Shown piece after piece: positions 27,619 to 37,681 of a stretch of DNA of 64,000 bases (position 1 is its first letter; the number at the start of each line of letters is the position of its first letter). The DNA is from Gammaproteobacteria bacterium. GTDB lineage: Bacteria > Pseudomonadota > Gammaproteobacteria > Eutrophobiales > Eutrophobiaceae. The stretch spans positions 1,698 through 65,697 of the forward strand of contig JAURPG010000052.1 in NCBI GenBank assembly GCA_030835405.1, written 5' to 3'. A program made the translations under genes and the position numbers. Under the pieces are notes generated by a model. It searched no databases. It worked only from the letters and a program-made list of their open reading frames with translations, and had not been told where the DNA came from.

Positions 27619-27636
27619 TAACTGATAATGTGACAG
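27619..27636 (-). promoter_or_regulatory. Candidate Pho-box half-site plus -10 element upstream of phnD
   Basis: The minus strand reads CTGTCAC-ATTA-TCAGTTA, then 9 nt, then TAGAAT (27609-27604). The first 7-mer matches the CTGTCAT consensus at 6/7 positions. The second repeat is poor. Confidence 0.2.
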
Positions 27637-27666
27637 TTTCGGGAAAACCAATTGTTGGGGGAAACC

Positions 27667-28203
27667 ATGATCTATCTGACTATCAAAGACAGGTTGTCCG
27701 TTAATGCCAGTAATTCCAGATATTTACTGATCATATTGATGTTATTGTCGTTACCGGCGACTCATGCAGAACCATACATGCAGCAGAACATTTCACTTTC
27801 CCAGGCACAAAAAGTTGTTGCGGCTGCCATTAATGAATGTGGGCTAATAAATGGGGATATTACTGTATCTATAGCGGTGGTAGATCGTGCCGGTCAGCCA
27901 GTCATGCAAATCCGTTCTGATAATTCAGCTCCGCATAACTGGGAACTGGCATTTCGCAAGGCCTACACTGCAAGGACGTATCGCAGGACCTCGCTTGAAT
28001 GGCGGGACCGCACCGCCGGGAACTCTGAACGTGCCGGTCAGCGACAGTTAAGCCAGGTAATCCCGTTGGGGGGTGGTGCACCCATCAAGGCAGGTAATGA
28101 CACTATCGGTGGTGTTGGGGTGACAGGTGCCGAAGGTGGTCAACCCGCTGATGATGCCTGCGCTGTGGCAGCGGCTGCTTCAATTGCCAGTGAACTTCAG
28201 TAG
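27667..28203 (+). CDS. GlcG/HbpS-like (DUF336) heme-binding family protein, secreted
   Basis: GGAPIKAGNDTIGGVGVTGAEGGQPADDACA is the characteristic DUF336 C-terminal motif. The ATG at 27667 is preferred over the TTG at 27652. Confidence 0.7.
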   Translation: MIYLTIKDRLSVNASNSRYLLIILMLLSLPATHAEPYMQQNISLSQAQKVVAAAINECGLINGDITVSIAVVDRAGQPVMQIRSDNSAPHNWELAFRKAYTARTYRRTSLEWRDRTAGNSERAGQRQLSQVIPLGGGAPIKAGNDTIGGVGVTGAEGGQPADDACAVAAAASIASELQ

Positions 28204-28236
28204 CTATATTCAAATATCGATCGGGGGTATATTGAA

Positions 28237-29139
28237 ATGAAAATCAGAGAATTATGCTGTCATTTTATATTGATTAATTTAATATTTTTTATCAATTATC
28301 AGCAATCAGTGGCACAGGGCTTACCCATTAATCCTGCAGATGAGGATCCTCAGCGCCATGTTCTAATAGAGCCTTTCAGGATTGTAGATAACATTTACTA
28401 TGTTGGGGCCACCGTAAACCATTCTGCATATCTTCTGGTATCAGACGCTGGTCATGTACTGGTGGATGCGACATATGAGAGATTGGTACCAAATATTATT
28501 CAGAACATTAAGAAACTTGGTTTTAATCCTCGTGACATTCAGGTCATTGTCAGTAACCATGCCCACCCTGACCATGTTGAGGGGCTGGCTGAAATGCGTG
28601 AATATACCGGCGCAACCACCGTTGCCTCAGCATTAGACGCCGAGGTCATTGAATCTGGTGGAAAACTGGATTTTCGGGTCCGGCAAGGTGACCCCTGGCC
28701 GTGGCGGCCTGCAACAATCGACAGGATCATTGAAGATGGGGAAGTCATTGAAGTGGGTGATATTAGTCTGACCGCCCATATAACCGCAGGTCACACCAGG
28801 GGTTGCACCACCTGGACAACGACTGCAAAAGAAGCAGGCAGGCAACTGGATGTAGTTGTAATGTGTGCCATTCGTATCAATACATCAATGCCACTGGTGA
28901 ACCATCCACGGTATCCAACCATGCCCCAGGACCTGGCTTATAGCTTTGCAAGATTAAAGATCATGCCGGTGGACATCTTCCTGGGGCCCCATGGATGGAT
29001 ATTTGGGTTACAGGATAAGCTTGAACGGCTAAAAGGAAATCCGGCGAAAAATATCTTTATTGATCCACTGGGATTCAGGAATTATGTGCTTGGCAGGGAA
29101 AGGGAGTTTCTGGAGATTTTCAGGGAAGAGCTTTATTGA
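28237..29139 (+). CDS. Subclass B3 metallo-beta-lactamase homolog (FEZ-1-like), secreted
   Basis: PFRIVDNIYYVG, NHAHPDH, LTAHITAGHTRGCTTWT and FLGPHG are present. These strings closely resemble my recollection of FEZ-1-type B3 enzymes. Confidence 0.8.
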   Translation: MKIRELCCHFILINLIFFINYQQSVAQGLPINPADEDPQRHVLIEPFRIVDNIYYVGATVNHSAYLLVSDAGHVLVDATYERLVPNIIQNIKKLGFNPRDIQVIVSNHAHPDHVEGLAEMREYTGATTVASALDAEVIESGGKLDFRVRQGDPWPWRPATIDRIIEDGEVIEVGDISLTAHITAGHTRGCTTWTTTAKEAGRQLDVVVMCAIRINTSMPLVNHPRYPTMPQDLAYSFARLKIMPVDIFLGPHGWIFGLQDKLERLKGNPAKNIFIDPLGFRNYVLGREREFLEIFREELY

Positions 29140-29142
29140 TGG

Positions 29143-29195
29143 GGGCAGAGTCAAAATTCCTTTATTTTGTAATGTCAGGAATTTTGACTCTGCCC
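29143..29195. terminator. Bidirectional hairpin terminator (perfect 19-bp stem, 15-nt loop)
   Basis: GGGCAGAGTCAAAATTCCT (29143-29161) is the exact reverse complement of AGGAATTTTGACTCTGCCC (29177-29195). It lies between convergent genes ending at 29139 and 29206. Confidence 0.7.
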
Positions 29196-29205
29196 ACTGG
29201 TTTGT

Positions 29206-30717
29206 TTACTCACCCATATATTCAACAAATTGCGACATGGGTGTGGGCTGACCATGGATAGGTACGATGGTCTCCACATCCAGTTTCAGCCGTTTCAGAT
29301 TTTCATAAAAGGTCTTGTTACTGGCATTAGGCGGTCGGTTGGCATTGGATGGTCTGGGTGAATAGAGATCTGCCTCGATGACCATCTTCTCATCAGGCAG
29401 ATAAGCTATCAGCATACCTTCAACGTGATTTAGTCCCTGGATAAGATGGATATCAACCCGGTGTGAGTCATCGGCAAGGATATATTTCTCCTTGACTGTT
29501 TCAAACACATAACCTTCAGACCATTCTTCCAGTGGAAACAGGGAATACCGGTCAGGTTCCAGCAGCCAGGGCCTCGCCCTCAAGACCTCTTGGTAGTAGG
29601 TTTTATTATAGTCGTGTGTAATGACCGTGGCACCTTCATGGACATAGGTCCTCAGGCCACCCAGGTGGTCCCAGTGATGGTGGGAATTGATGATAAAGCG
29701 GATGGGTTTATCTTCAATTAACTGATATATCTCTTCAATAACCGCCAGAGAGCGTGCTTCGTTTTGAGGCGCTTCAAATACGGCGATGTATTCATCAAAT
29801 TCTATGGCGACACTGTTGTGTGACCCGCCACCCATGAACCAGACACCTTCTGACAGTTCTGTAACCTCGACTTTAATTTCCGGAGGATCGGCACGCCTGA
29901 CTTCACGGGGTACGTCCAGTTCTGCACCACGGACATTAATCGTGACATCCGTTATGTTTTCCAGACCGAAGGCATGGTCACCACCGCTGACATTGGGCAG
30001 GGTATCACCATCATCAAAATCATGATGCTGGTGCCAGCGTCCCGGGAATCTCAGACCACCGATGTCCTTGTAGTTGGAGAATACGGTCTCGTAATACATG
30101 TCACCCACCACGGGATTGGGCAGCCAGGTCTGGATCCGGTGCATCAGGCCTTCTTCACTGAAGGTGGCATTGATACGGTATTTATCCAGGGCAATGAAAG
30201 ACACCACATGGACCCATTCTCCATATTCGTGACGCCTGATCACGGTGGGGTCTGAGGCCATGGCACCTTTGATAAAACCGTAGGGCGTGAGGTAAATATC
30301 CAGCAACCGTCCTTCCGCCTTGTCCATCACCGGTACTATGTCATCGCCCTGCATATCCCAGGCATAATCACCGCGTACCTTGTAGGTACGATGACGTTGG
30401 CCCTGAATGGGTATCCCACCACCACCCCGGGCAGGGTAATCTCCCTGTTCGATGACCAGTTCTTCTGTGGAAGACATGGAATCAAAATCAATAGTGCGGG
30501 TATAACTGGATAGCTCCAGGCGTGGCCAATCCATGGCCGGGGTAAAGTTTTGCCCCACGGCGCCTACCCAGCCGGTACCTTTATACTGAATGGAGATCAT
30601 CTCATCTACCCCCATTGCCCGAGATGCCCTTTCCAGTACCTCGTGTGCATCCTGTGCGTTTACGCTCAGTGTAGAGAGAAGAAGAAAAATACCATAAAGA
30701 TTAGCTCGTACGTTCAT
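29206..30717 (-). CDS. MBL-fold metallo-hydrolase with a long N-terminal domain, secreted
   Basis: INSHHHWDHLGG is an HxHxDH motif. The signal peptide is MNVRANLYGIFLLLSTLSVNAQ. A GGGGG RBS precedes the ATG at 30717; an alternative ATG lies at 30729. The gene starts about 18-30 nt downstream of metY on the same strand. Confidence 0.7.
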   Translation of the reverse strand: MNVRANLYGIFLLLSTLSVNAQDAHEVLERASRAMGVDEMISIQYKGTGWVGAVGQNFTPAMDWPRLELSSYTRTIDFDSMSSTEELVIEQGDYPARGGGGIPIQGQRHRTYKVRGDYAWDMQGDDIVPVMDKAEGRLLDIYLTPYGFIKGAMASDPTVIRRHEYGEWVHVVSFIALDKYRINATFSEEGLMHRIQTWLPNPVVGDMYYETVFSNYKDIGGLRFPGRWHQHHDFDDGDTLPNVSGGDHAFGLENITDVTINVRGAELDVPREVRRADPPEIKVEVTELSEGVWFMGGGSHNSVAIEFDEYIAVFEAPQNEARSLAVIEEIYQLIEDKPIRFIINSHHHWDHLGGLRTYVHEGATVITHDYNKTYYQEVLRARPWLLEPDRYSLFPLEEWSEGYVFETVKEKYILADDSHRVDIHLIQGLNHVEGMLIAYLPDEKMVIEADLYSPRPSNANRPPNASNKTFYENLKRLKLDVETIVPIHGQPTPMSQFVEYMGE

Positions 30718-30747
30718 GAATACCCCCATAGTAACCGTAAGGTGAAA

Positions 30748-32019
30748 TCAGACCTTATCCAGTGCCTGTTCCACATCGGCCAGAATATCATCGATATTTT
30801 CTATACCAATTGATAATCGAACCAGGTCTGCACTGACACCTGCGGTTTTTAATTCCACTTCTGATAATTGCCTGTGTGTGGTACTGGCAGGGTGACAGGC
30901 CAGGGACTTGGCGTCACCTATATTCACCAGGCGTGTGATCAGTTGCAGGGCATCTATGAATTTCGTGCCGCCCTCCAGTCCACCTTTAATGCCAAAGCTG
31001 AGAATGCCGGCAGCACGGCCACCGCAGTACTTCTGCAGCAATGCGTTGTTTTCGTTATCGGCGAGACCGGCATATTTCACCCAGGATACCTTTTTATGTG
31101 ATTTCAGGTATTCAGCCACCTTTATGGCATTTTCGCAGTGGCGGTCCATGCGTACCGCCAGGGTTTCAATACCCTGCAGGATCTGAAAGGAATTAAAAGG
31201 TGATATCGCTGAGCCAGTATTACGTAAAGGTACAACACGGGCACGACCTATATAGGCCGCTTCTGCTAATGCCTCGGTATACACCACGCCATGGTAAGAG
31301 GGATCCGGTTCATTCAAACGGTTAAATCGTTCCGCATGTTCGGCCCACGGGAACTTGCCCGAGTCGACTATGACACCGCCGATACTGGTGCCATGACCCC
31401 CCAGGTATTTGGTCAATGAGTGCACCACGATATCGCAACCATGCTCAAATGGTCTGCATAAATATGGAGTGGGAACGGTATTATCCACAATCACCGGCAC
31501 ACCTTTGGAATGTGCCAACTCTGCAATTTTAGCCAGGTCCGCCACATCTCCCGCCGGGTTACCGATTGATTCACAAAAGATGGCCTTGGTGCGGTCATCA
31601 ATCTTGGCCTCCATGGAGTGAAAATCCTTGGCATCCACAAAGTGGGTTTGAATGCCAATCTGTGGGAAGGTATGGGCAAACAGGTTGTATGTCCCACCAT
31701 AGAGTGTGCTGGTTGAGACGATGTTGTCGCCGGCTTCGGCAATGGTCAAAATGGCATAGTTAATGGCCGCCATGCCGGACGCCAGGCCCAGACCGGCAAT
31801 TCCACCTTCCATTTCCGCCAATCTTTGTTCCAGGACCGCCGTGGTGGGGTTCATAATGCGTGTATAAATGTTACCTTCAACTTTCAGGTCAAAGAGATCA
31901 GCACCGTGCTGGGTATTATCAAACGCATACGAAGTCGTTTGGTAAATTGGCACCGCTACCGCCTTGGTGGTTGGATCCGGTGAATACCCCCCGTGTATTG
32001 CTATGGTTTCTATTTTCAT
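30748..32019 (-). CDS. metY: O-acetylhomoserine sulfhydrylase (aminocarboxypropyltransferase)
   Basis: The N-terminus from the ATG at 32019 is MKIETIAIHGGYSPDPTTKAVAVPIYQTTSYAF. The PLP-lysine context is HSLTKYLGGHGTSIGG. It ends in a typical Cys/Met-metabolism PLP family C-terminus. Confidence 0.85.
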   Translation of the reverse strand: MKIETIAIHGGYSPDPTTKAVAVPIYQTTSYAFDNTQHGADLFDLKVEGNIYTRIMNPTTAVLEQRLAEMEGGIAGLGLASGMAAINYAILTIAEAGDNIVSTSTLYGGTYNLFAHTFPQIGIQTHFVDAKDFHSMEAKIDDRTKAIFCESIGNPAGDVADLAKIAELAHSKGVPVIVDNTVPTPYLCRPFEHGCDIVVHSLTKYLGGHGTSIGGVIVDSGKFPWAEHAERFNRLNEPDPSYHGVVYTEALAEAAYIGRARVVPLRNTGSAISPFNSFQILQGIETLAVRMDRHCENAIKVAEYLKSHKKVSWVKYAGLADNENNALLQKYCGGRAAGILSFGIKGGLEGGTKFIDALQLITRLVNIGDAKSLACHPASTTHRQLSEVELKTAGVSADLVRLSIGIENIDDILADVEQALDKV

Positions 32020-32187
32020 AATGTTATCCCTGAGGTTTATTGTTAGATTTTTTTTATGACAATATGCCAGCATTAATTTTAATGACAAATAGCATATTGT
32101 GATGAGACGTAACTATATTTAATAAACAGTATAATAATTGTTTGTTAAGTTATCATTAATTTCAGATATAGGACAAATTTCCAGTAA

Positions 32188-32985
32188 ATGCAGATTATCC
32201 GAAATAAAATTCGACCTAAATCAGGTGGCATAATTCGAAGATATGCAGGCTTTACAGCGGGTCTATTGATTATGTTTTCCTGTTTAGCATATGCTCAGCA
32301 AAATATTTTGATCATTAGTGATTTTGAAAAAATTGATCACTTTCCTTCTCAGCCGTGGGAGATTATCCAGTTAAACGAAAAATTCCCGCCGACAAAGTAT
32401 CAGGTCATAGACTGGGACGGGGTCACAGCCGTGAAGGCAGTGGCTGAAGGGAGTATGGCATTACTGGCACGGCCCGTTGAGGTAAACCTGGATAAGACCC
32501 CGGTATTGTGTTGGCGATGGCGTGTTGGCCACGTCATTGATTCAGCTGATTTGCTGAGTAAGGCGGGTGATGATTATGCCGCCAGGGTTTATGTGTCTTT
32601 TAAACTGCCATCTAAAGCCATTGGATTTGGAACGCGGATTAAACTTGGTCTGGCCAGGAAGCTATATGGTGATCATGTCCCCGATGCGGCCATTAATTAT
32701 GTTTGGGACAATACCCATCCTGCAGGTACCCAGGTGCCAAATGCTTACACAGACAGGACACAGATGTTGGTGGTCCGGTCTGGAAACGATGACGCTGGAA
32801 GGTGGGTGGAAGAACGACGGGATGTGCAGGCAGATTTTAATGAAATATTCGCTGTCCAGGGTGGCTCATTGATTCAGGTGGCCATCGCATCGGATACCGA
32901 TAATACTGGCGGGTCTGCCAGGGCAGGGTTTGCTGATCTACACTTTGTCAGTCGTGATCAGTCCTGCGAGTTCTCGCTTTTATAA
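32188..32985 (+). CDS. DUF3047 domain protein, secreted
   Basis: The pattern LCWRWRV......D...K.GDDYAARVYVSF matches my recollection of DUF3047. An N-terminal hydrophobic signal is present. Confidence 0.65.
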   Translation: MQIIRNKIRPKSGGIIRRYAGFTAGLLIMFSCLAYAQQNILIISDFEKIDHFPSQPWEIIQLNEKFPPTKYQVIDWDGVTAVKAVAEGSMALLARPVEVNLDKTPVLCWRWRVGHVIDSADLLSKAGDDYAARVYVSFKLPSKAIGFGTRIKLGLARKLYGDHVPDAAINYVWDNTHPAGTQVPNAYTDRTQMLVVRSGNDDAGRWVEERRDVQADFNEIFAVQGGSLIQVAIASDTDNTGGSARAGFADLHFVSRDQSCEFSLL

Positions 32986-33078
32986 ATTCCAAGTCTATTT
33001 TTCTTTGTAATCTGTCATCATCATCGCGCCTCCCTTCGTGTTATTATTTTATGGACATAATTTAAGTAGGCTTATGAT

Positions 33079-34125
33079 ATGACCCAGAAAGTAATCGACC
33101 TACGTAGCGACACCATCACCCGGCCTGTCCCTGAGATGCGCCAGGTCATGGCCAATGCCGAGGTGGGGGATGATGTCTTTGGTGATGATCCAACTATAAA
33201 CGAGTTGGAAAACAGGACAGCAGAAATCCTTGAGAAAGAGTCTGCCGTCTATGTGCCTTCCGGTACCATGGCCAACCAACTGGCAGTACGATGCCATACC
33301 CAGCCGGGGGACGAGATCCTGCTGGACGCCAATGCCCATATCTTTTGGTACGAGGCAGGTGCACCTGCGGCATTGTCAGGGGCCAGTTGCCGGGTGATTC
33401 AGGGTAGACGTGGAATCTTTACGGTTGATCAGTTTCTGGAGGCATTACGCCCGGCAAATATACATCTTGCAACCACACGCCTACTCGCATTGGAGAATAC
33501 CCACAACAGAGGCGGTGGATCTGTTTGGCCGCTGGAGCAATTGGCACAGGTCTGTGATGCAGCGCATGGCAGGGATATTTCTGTGCATATGGACGGGGCC
33601 AGGATATGGAATGCATCTATTGCTAGCGGCATTGCTGAAGCAGACTATGCCCGTCATGTGGATAGTGTCAGCGTCTGTTTTTCCAAGGGGCTGGGTGCGC
33701 CGGTAGGTTCGGCATTAGCGGGGAGTCAGGAATTTATTGAGAAGGCCCGGCGTTTTCGTAAACAATTTGGTGGTGGGATGCGCCAGGCAGGGATTATTGC
33801 CGCAGGCGCATTATATGCTTTACATAACCATCGTTCTCGCCTTAAAGATGACCACGACAATGCACGAAAGCTGGCAGATGGCGTAAAGAACATCCCGGGG
33901 ATTCATACGGATACAGATGCAGTTGAGACCAATCTGGTCTATTTTGATGTGGAGCCAATGAGTGCCAATGAAATGTTGTCCAGGTTGGCACAAGCAGGTG
34001 TGCTGATGATTGCCACTGCGCCTAATACAATACGGGCAGTTACCAGTCTGGAGGTAAACAGTGAAGAAATCGATGCAGCTGTTAACATAATCAAAGAAAT
34101 TGCAGCGGATTTTAGGGTCAGTTGA
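33079..34125 (+). CDS. ltaE: Low-specificity L-threonine aldolase
   Basis: DLRSDTITRP, GDDVFGDDPT and PSGTMANQ are present, with the PLP-lysine context CFSKGLGAPVGS. Confidence 0.85.
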   Translation: MTQKVIDLRSDTITRPVPEMRQVMANAEVGDDVFGDDPTINELENRTAEILEKESAVYVPSGTMANQLAVRCHTQPGDEILLDANAHIFWYEAGAPAALSGASCRVIQGRRGIFTVDQFLEALRPANIHLATTRLLALENTHNRGGGSVWPLEQLAQVCDAAHGRDISVHMDGARIWNASIASGIAEADYARHVDSVSVCFSKGLGAPVGSALAGSQEFIEKARRFRKQFGGGMRQAGIIAAGALYALHNHRSRLKDDHDNARKLADGVKNIPGIHTDTDAVETNLVYFDVEPMSANEMLSRLAQAGVLMIATAPNTIRAVTSLEVNSEEIDAAVNIIKEIAADFRVS

Positions 34126-34197
34126 TATAGCTTGATCTATTGCCCGGCTGTTATAACCTTTACACATTAATAAAAAATATTTAAATGGGAGGGGGGA

Positions 34198-35424
34198 ATG
34201 TTTAATAAACCAATCATATTATTTTTAAAATCACTCACATTATTAGTAGGCTTGAGTACACTGGCGCAGGTGCACGCCCAGAATGTGACAGTTTTCGAGG
34301 GTGCCAGACTGATTATCGGGGATGGCAGCGATCCAATTGAAGATAGTGCATTTATCGTAGTAGATGATCGTATTACCCATGTTGGAAAGCGGGTCGTGCT
34401 GGCAATTCCCAGTGGGGTTACCCGGGTCAACCTCAGCGGCAAAACCGTCATGCCGGCTATTGTTGATGCCCATAAACACACATCCAACGACAGGGAACAA
34501 TTAATTGGCCAGTTAAAAGAGCTGGCAAAATTCGGTATTGGGGCTGTGCTGAGTCTGGGCTCGGATCCAACTGATGTACCTTTTCAGGTCAGGGAAGAAA
34601 ACATTCCTGGCACGGCAAGACTCTTTACAGCCGGACGTGGGATCACCACACCTGAACCAGGTCGGTCTGAGGTTGCCTACTGGATTGAAAGTGCACAAGA
34701 AGGCAGGCAGGCGGTTCGTGAACAGGCGGCCAGGGACGTGGATTATATCAAGGTATGGGTGGATGACCGCGGTGGCCAATATTCCAAGACCTCACCGGAA
34801 CAATACCGTGCAATAATTGATGAAGCCCATAAGCATGGTATTCGGGTGGCTGCCCATATCTATGCCATGGAAGATTCCAGGGGACTGCTGCGTGCCGGGA
34901 TCGATGCCTTTGCCCATGGGATTCGTGATCGTGACATAGATGATGAGACCATAGAGTTGTTTCGGGAGAGGCCAAATGTTGTCCTTATACCGAACCTGCC
35001 AGACAGGGGTATTGTCCGTGACTATAGCTGGCTTGAAGGATCTATTCCGGATGATGACGTTGCTAAACTCCAGGCCAATTCCAGGGCAGATCCGAAGGCG
35101 GAAGAATTTTTTGGTATTCAATCCAGAAACCTGAATGCTTTATACAAAGCGGGCGTGAAAATAGCCATGGGTACTGATGGTCGGATTATGTGGGAGGCCC
35201 ATCAACAAATGGAGGATATGGTGTCGTCCGGAATGCCCCCAGCGGATGTGATTGTTGCTGCCACAAAAAACTCTGCCGAGGTGATAGGTTTATATGATGC
35301 CGGGACTATTGAGGCAGGTAAGAGCGCGGACTTTATTGTGCTCGATGCAAACCCGTTAGTTGATATTACCAATACCCGTAAGATAAATTCGGTTTATATG
35401 AAAGGAATTAAAGTAGACCGATAA
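34198..35424 (+). CDS. Amidohydrolase family (imidazolonepropionase-like) protein, secreted
   Basis: Signal peptide ending QVHAQ. PAIVDAHKH, AAHIY and AFAHG suggest metal ligands. The C-terminus is GSIEAGKSADFIVLD.NPL. Confidence 0.75.
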   Translation: MFNKPIILFLKSLTLLVGLSTLAQVHAQNVTVFEGARLIIGDGSDPIEDSAFIVVDDRITHVGKRVVLAIPSGVTRVNLSGKTVMPAIVDAHKHTSNDREQLIGQLKELAKFGIGAVLSLGSDPTDVPFQVREENIPGTARLFTAGRGITTPEPGRSEVAYWIESAQEGRQAVREQAARDVDYIKVWVDDRGGQYSKTSPEQYRAIIDEAHKHGIRVAAHIYAMEDSRGLLRAGIDAFAHGIRDRDIDDETIELFRERPNVVLIPNLPDRGIVRDYSWLEGSIPDDDVAKLQANSRADPKAEEFFGIQSRNLNALYKAGVKIAMGTDGRIMWEAHQQMEDMVSSGMPPADVIVAATKNSAEVIGLYDAGTIEAGKSADFIVLDANPLVDITNTRKINSVYMKGIKVDR

Positions 35425-35456
35425 GACTTATAATTACTTATGCTTTTTTTAATTCA

Positions 35457-35475
35457 GGGCCATGATATATGGCCC
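35457..35475 (+). terminator. Hairpin GGGCCAT-GATAT-ATGGCCC followed by a T-rich tract
   Basis: Perfect 7-bp stem 33 nt after the stop at 35424, followed by TTGTTATTTT. It coincides with the GC-content drop. Confidence 0.5.
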
Positions 35476-37664
35476 TTGTTATTTTAGTTCGGAATATCTT
35501 CTTGAAAGATATATCAGAGATCACTATAAAGACTGAAATACTGCGTATTTTATTATGCTTATGTTGTATGACTAATGTCACTGCTCAGACTGACGATGAG
35601 GTATTAAATACTCCCAGGTATTCTCAGCATAGCAACCAGGTGGTGTCTTATTCTTCAGATTTTTTCAGCGCCTATCAACCCAATACTGCGCTGGATATAG
35701 TCCAGTCATTACCGGGATTTCAGATTAATGATGGTAGTAATTTGCGAGGATTTTCAGGTGCAGCAGGTAATGTGCTGATCAATGGCCGCAGGCCCAGCTC
35801 CAAACAGGATACCTTGTCTGCCATCCTTACACGTATACCAGCAAGTTATGTAGAAAGTATCGATCTGTATAAAGGACAAGTCGGTGATATTGACTTGCAG
35901 GGCCAAACAGTAGTTGCCAATATAATTCTTCTGAATGATGTGGATGCAGCAATTCGCTGGCAGGCATCTTTAAGGAAAAATTTTAATAATTCACAGCTTG
36001 GGCCTGGGGTGGAAGTATCATTATCAGATCGGTGGAATGATGTGGATTATAATGCCGGTATTTCTTTCCGAATTAATCCCAGAAATTACCGTGGTCCTGA
36101 AAATGTTTTTGATGGTATCGGCGTTAAAACCTCCACAAGTTCAGAACAATTTTTTCGAGATACAAAAAATGGAGAAATCAATTTAATCAGTTCAACTGAT
36201 ATTCAACAATTTCTGGTGCGATTTAATACAAGACTGGGTTATTTGAATACAGATAGTTATGTGAACTCCAATCGTGATTTTTACCTGCCGGTCTTGTCGT
36301 CGCAATATGAGCGTGTGGGTCGAAATTCGACATCCAGGGACATAGAACTGGGGATGGATTTGGAACGCGCGTTATCAGATTCATTATTTGGGAAAATAAT
36401 CCTCCTGTATTTTGCAAGAAATAATGATACAAATTCTGATCAGGTGGTAAGAGATGTTGAAGATGATGCTGTGACGTTGTTTAAAAAATCTCTGGGCGAG
36501 ACAGATACCAGGGAAAGTATAGGGAGGCTTGAGTTTGACTGGACTGGTATTGCATCCCATGTAATTCAGGCAAACTTTGAAGTTGCATATAACTCCGTAA
36601 CAGGCTCCCTGAAGCAGACAGAAAATACCGGATTGGGACGAATGGATGTTGTTGTTCCCGGTGCAAATACCAGTGTTCAGGAAACAAGATGGGATATCCT
36701 GCTTCAGGATACCTGGAATAATGAATCAATCGTATTTAATTATGGATTTGGTATTGAGCAGTCAAAGATTTCATCACAAGGGGATGATGATAGAATTCGA
36801 AATTTCACTTTCCTGAAACCACATGCACAATTGACTTACGCAATCAGAAAAAATTTACAACTCCGATTGCGATTTGAAAGGGAAGTGGCACAGCTGGATT
36901 TTAATGATTTTATCAGTACGTCTGTATTTGAAGATGATGACCTTGCCCTTGGAAATATAGAGCTTATTCCAGAAAAAAAATGGAGTAGTCAGGTAAGCCT
37001 GGAAAGACGTTTTGGAAACCTGGGTGTTATTACACTGACAGGTTTTTACCATGCTATTGACGATATTCAGGATCTATTACCAGTATCTGATGAGTTTGAA
37101 GTAGCTGGAAACATTGGTGATGGTGAGCGTTGGGGAGTTGAAATGGAAAACACCATACCGTTAGGTTGGTTAGGCTTGGCAAATTCACGTCTGGATATTA
37201 AGGCACGTTGGCAGGATTCTTCCGTAATCGATCCTGTAACGGGATTAAAGCGTATTTTTTCAGGCAAAGCCGGGTTTGGTAGTTCATCATCCATACCATT
37301 TCGCGACGATACGGATGAGTTTGAGTATATATTTGATGTAGCTTACCGGCAGGATTTTGATTTGCAGATGATCTCATGGGGTTGGGATTTGGCGGAACGG
37401 GGAAAGCGTATTTTATTCAAAGTAAATGAGCTCGATGTTGTTGATGAAGGAGAGCTGGAGTTAAATACGTTTATAGAAACAACACGTTGGTTGAATATCA
37501 AGTTCCGTTTAGAGGCGCAGAATATTCTGAATCTGGCTGAAGAACGTAACAGGACATTATTTATTAACACAAGAAATGTTGTGCTGAATAATATTGATCG
37601 TCTTGAGATTAGGTCGCGCACAAAAGGATTCAGGCTTTTTCTGGCTTTAAGTGGTACCTATTAA
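35469..37664 (+). CDS. TonB-dependent receptor-like outer-membrane protein (paralog 4 of 4, most divergent, AT-rich)
   Basis: Plug motif FFSAYQPNTALDIVQSLPGF...LRGFSGAAGNVLINGRRPSSK. Conserved barrel block FEDDDLALGN...RRFGNLGVIT. C-terminal SGTY. The first ATG (35469) lies inside the upstream hairpin, so the true start may be the TTG at 35502, which gives a signal peptide ending VTAQ. Confidence 0.75.
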   Translation: MALVILVRNIFLKDISEITIKTEILRILLCLCCMTNVTAQTDDEVLNTPRYSQHSNQVVSYSSDFFSAYQPNTALDIVQSLPGFQINDGSNLRGFSGAAGNVLINGRRPSSKQDTLSAILTRIPASYVESIDLYKGQVGDIDLQGQTVVANIILLNDVDAAIRWQASLRKNFNNSQLGPGVEVSLSDRWNDVDYNAGISFRINPRNYRGPENVFDGIGVKTSTSSEQFFRDTKNGEINLISSTDIQQFLVRFNTRLGYLNTDSYVNSNRDFYLPVLSSQYERVGRNSTSRDIELGMDLERALSDSLFGKIILLYFARNNDTNSDQVVRDVEDDAVTLFKKSLGETDTRESIGRLEFDWTGIASHVIQANFEVAYNSVTGSLKQTENTGLGRMDVVVPGANTSVQETRWDILLQDTWNNESIVFNYGFGIEQSKISSQGDDDRIRNFTFLKPHAQLTYAIRKNLQLRLRFEREVAQLDFNDFISTSVFEDDDLALGNIELIPEKKWSSQVSLERRFGNLGVITLTGFYHAIDDIQDLLPVSDEFEVAGNIGDGERWGVEMENTIPLGWLGLANSRLDIKARWQDSSVIDPVTGLKRIFSGKAGFGSSSSIPFRDDTDEFEYIFDVAYRQDFDLQMISWGWDLAERGKRILFKVNELDVVDEGELELNTFIETTRWLNIKFRLEAQNILNLAEERNRTLFINTRNVVLNNIDRLEIRSRTKGFRLFLALSGTY

Positions 37665-37681
37665 TCTGCTGATTATATAAA

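Noticed and set aside
32020-32187. A SAM (S-box) or other riboswitch upstream of metY.
   Set aside because: The leader is very AT-rich and has only a 9-bp inverted repeat (ACAATATGC/GCATATTGT). It lacks GC-rich helices and conserved riboswitch cores.
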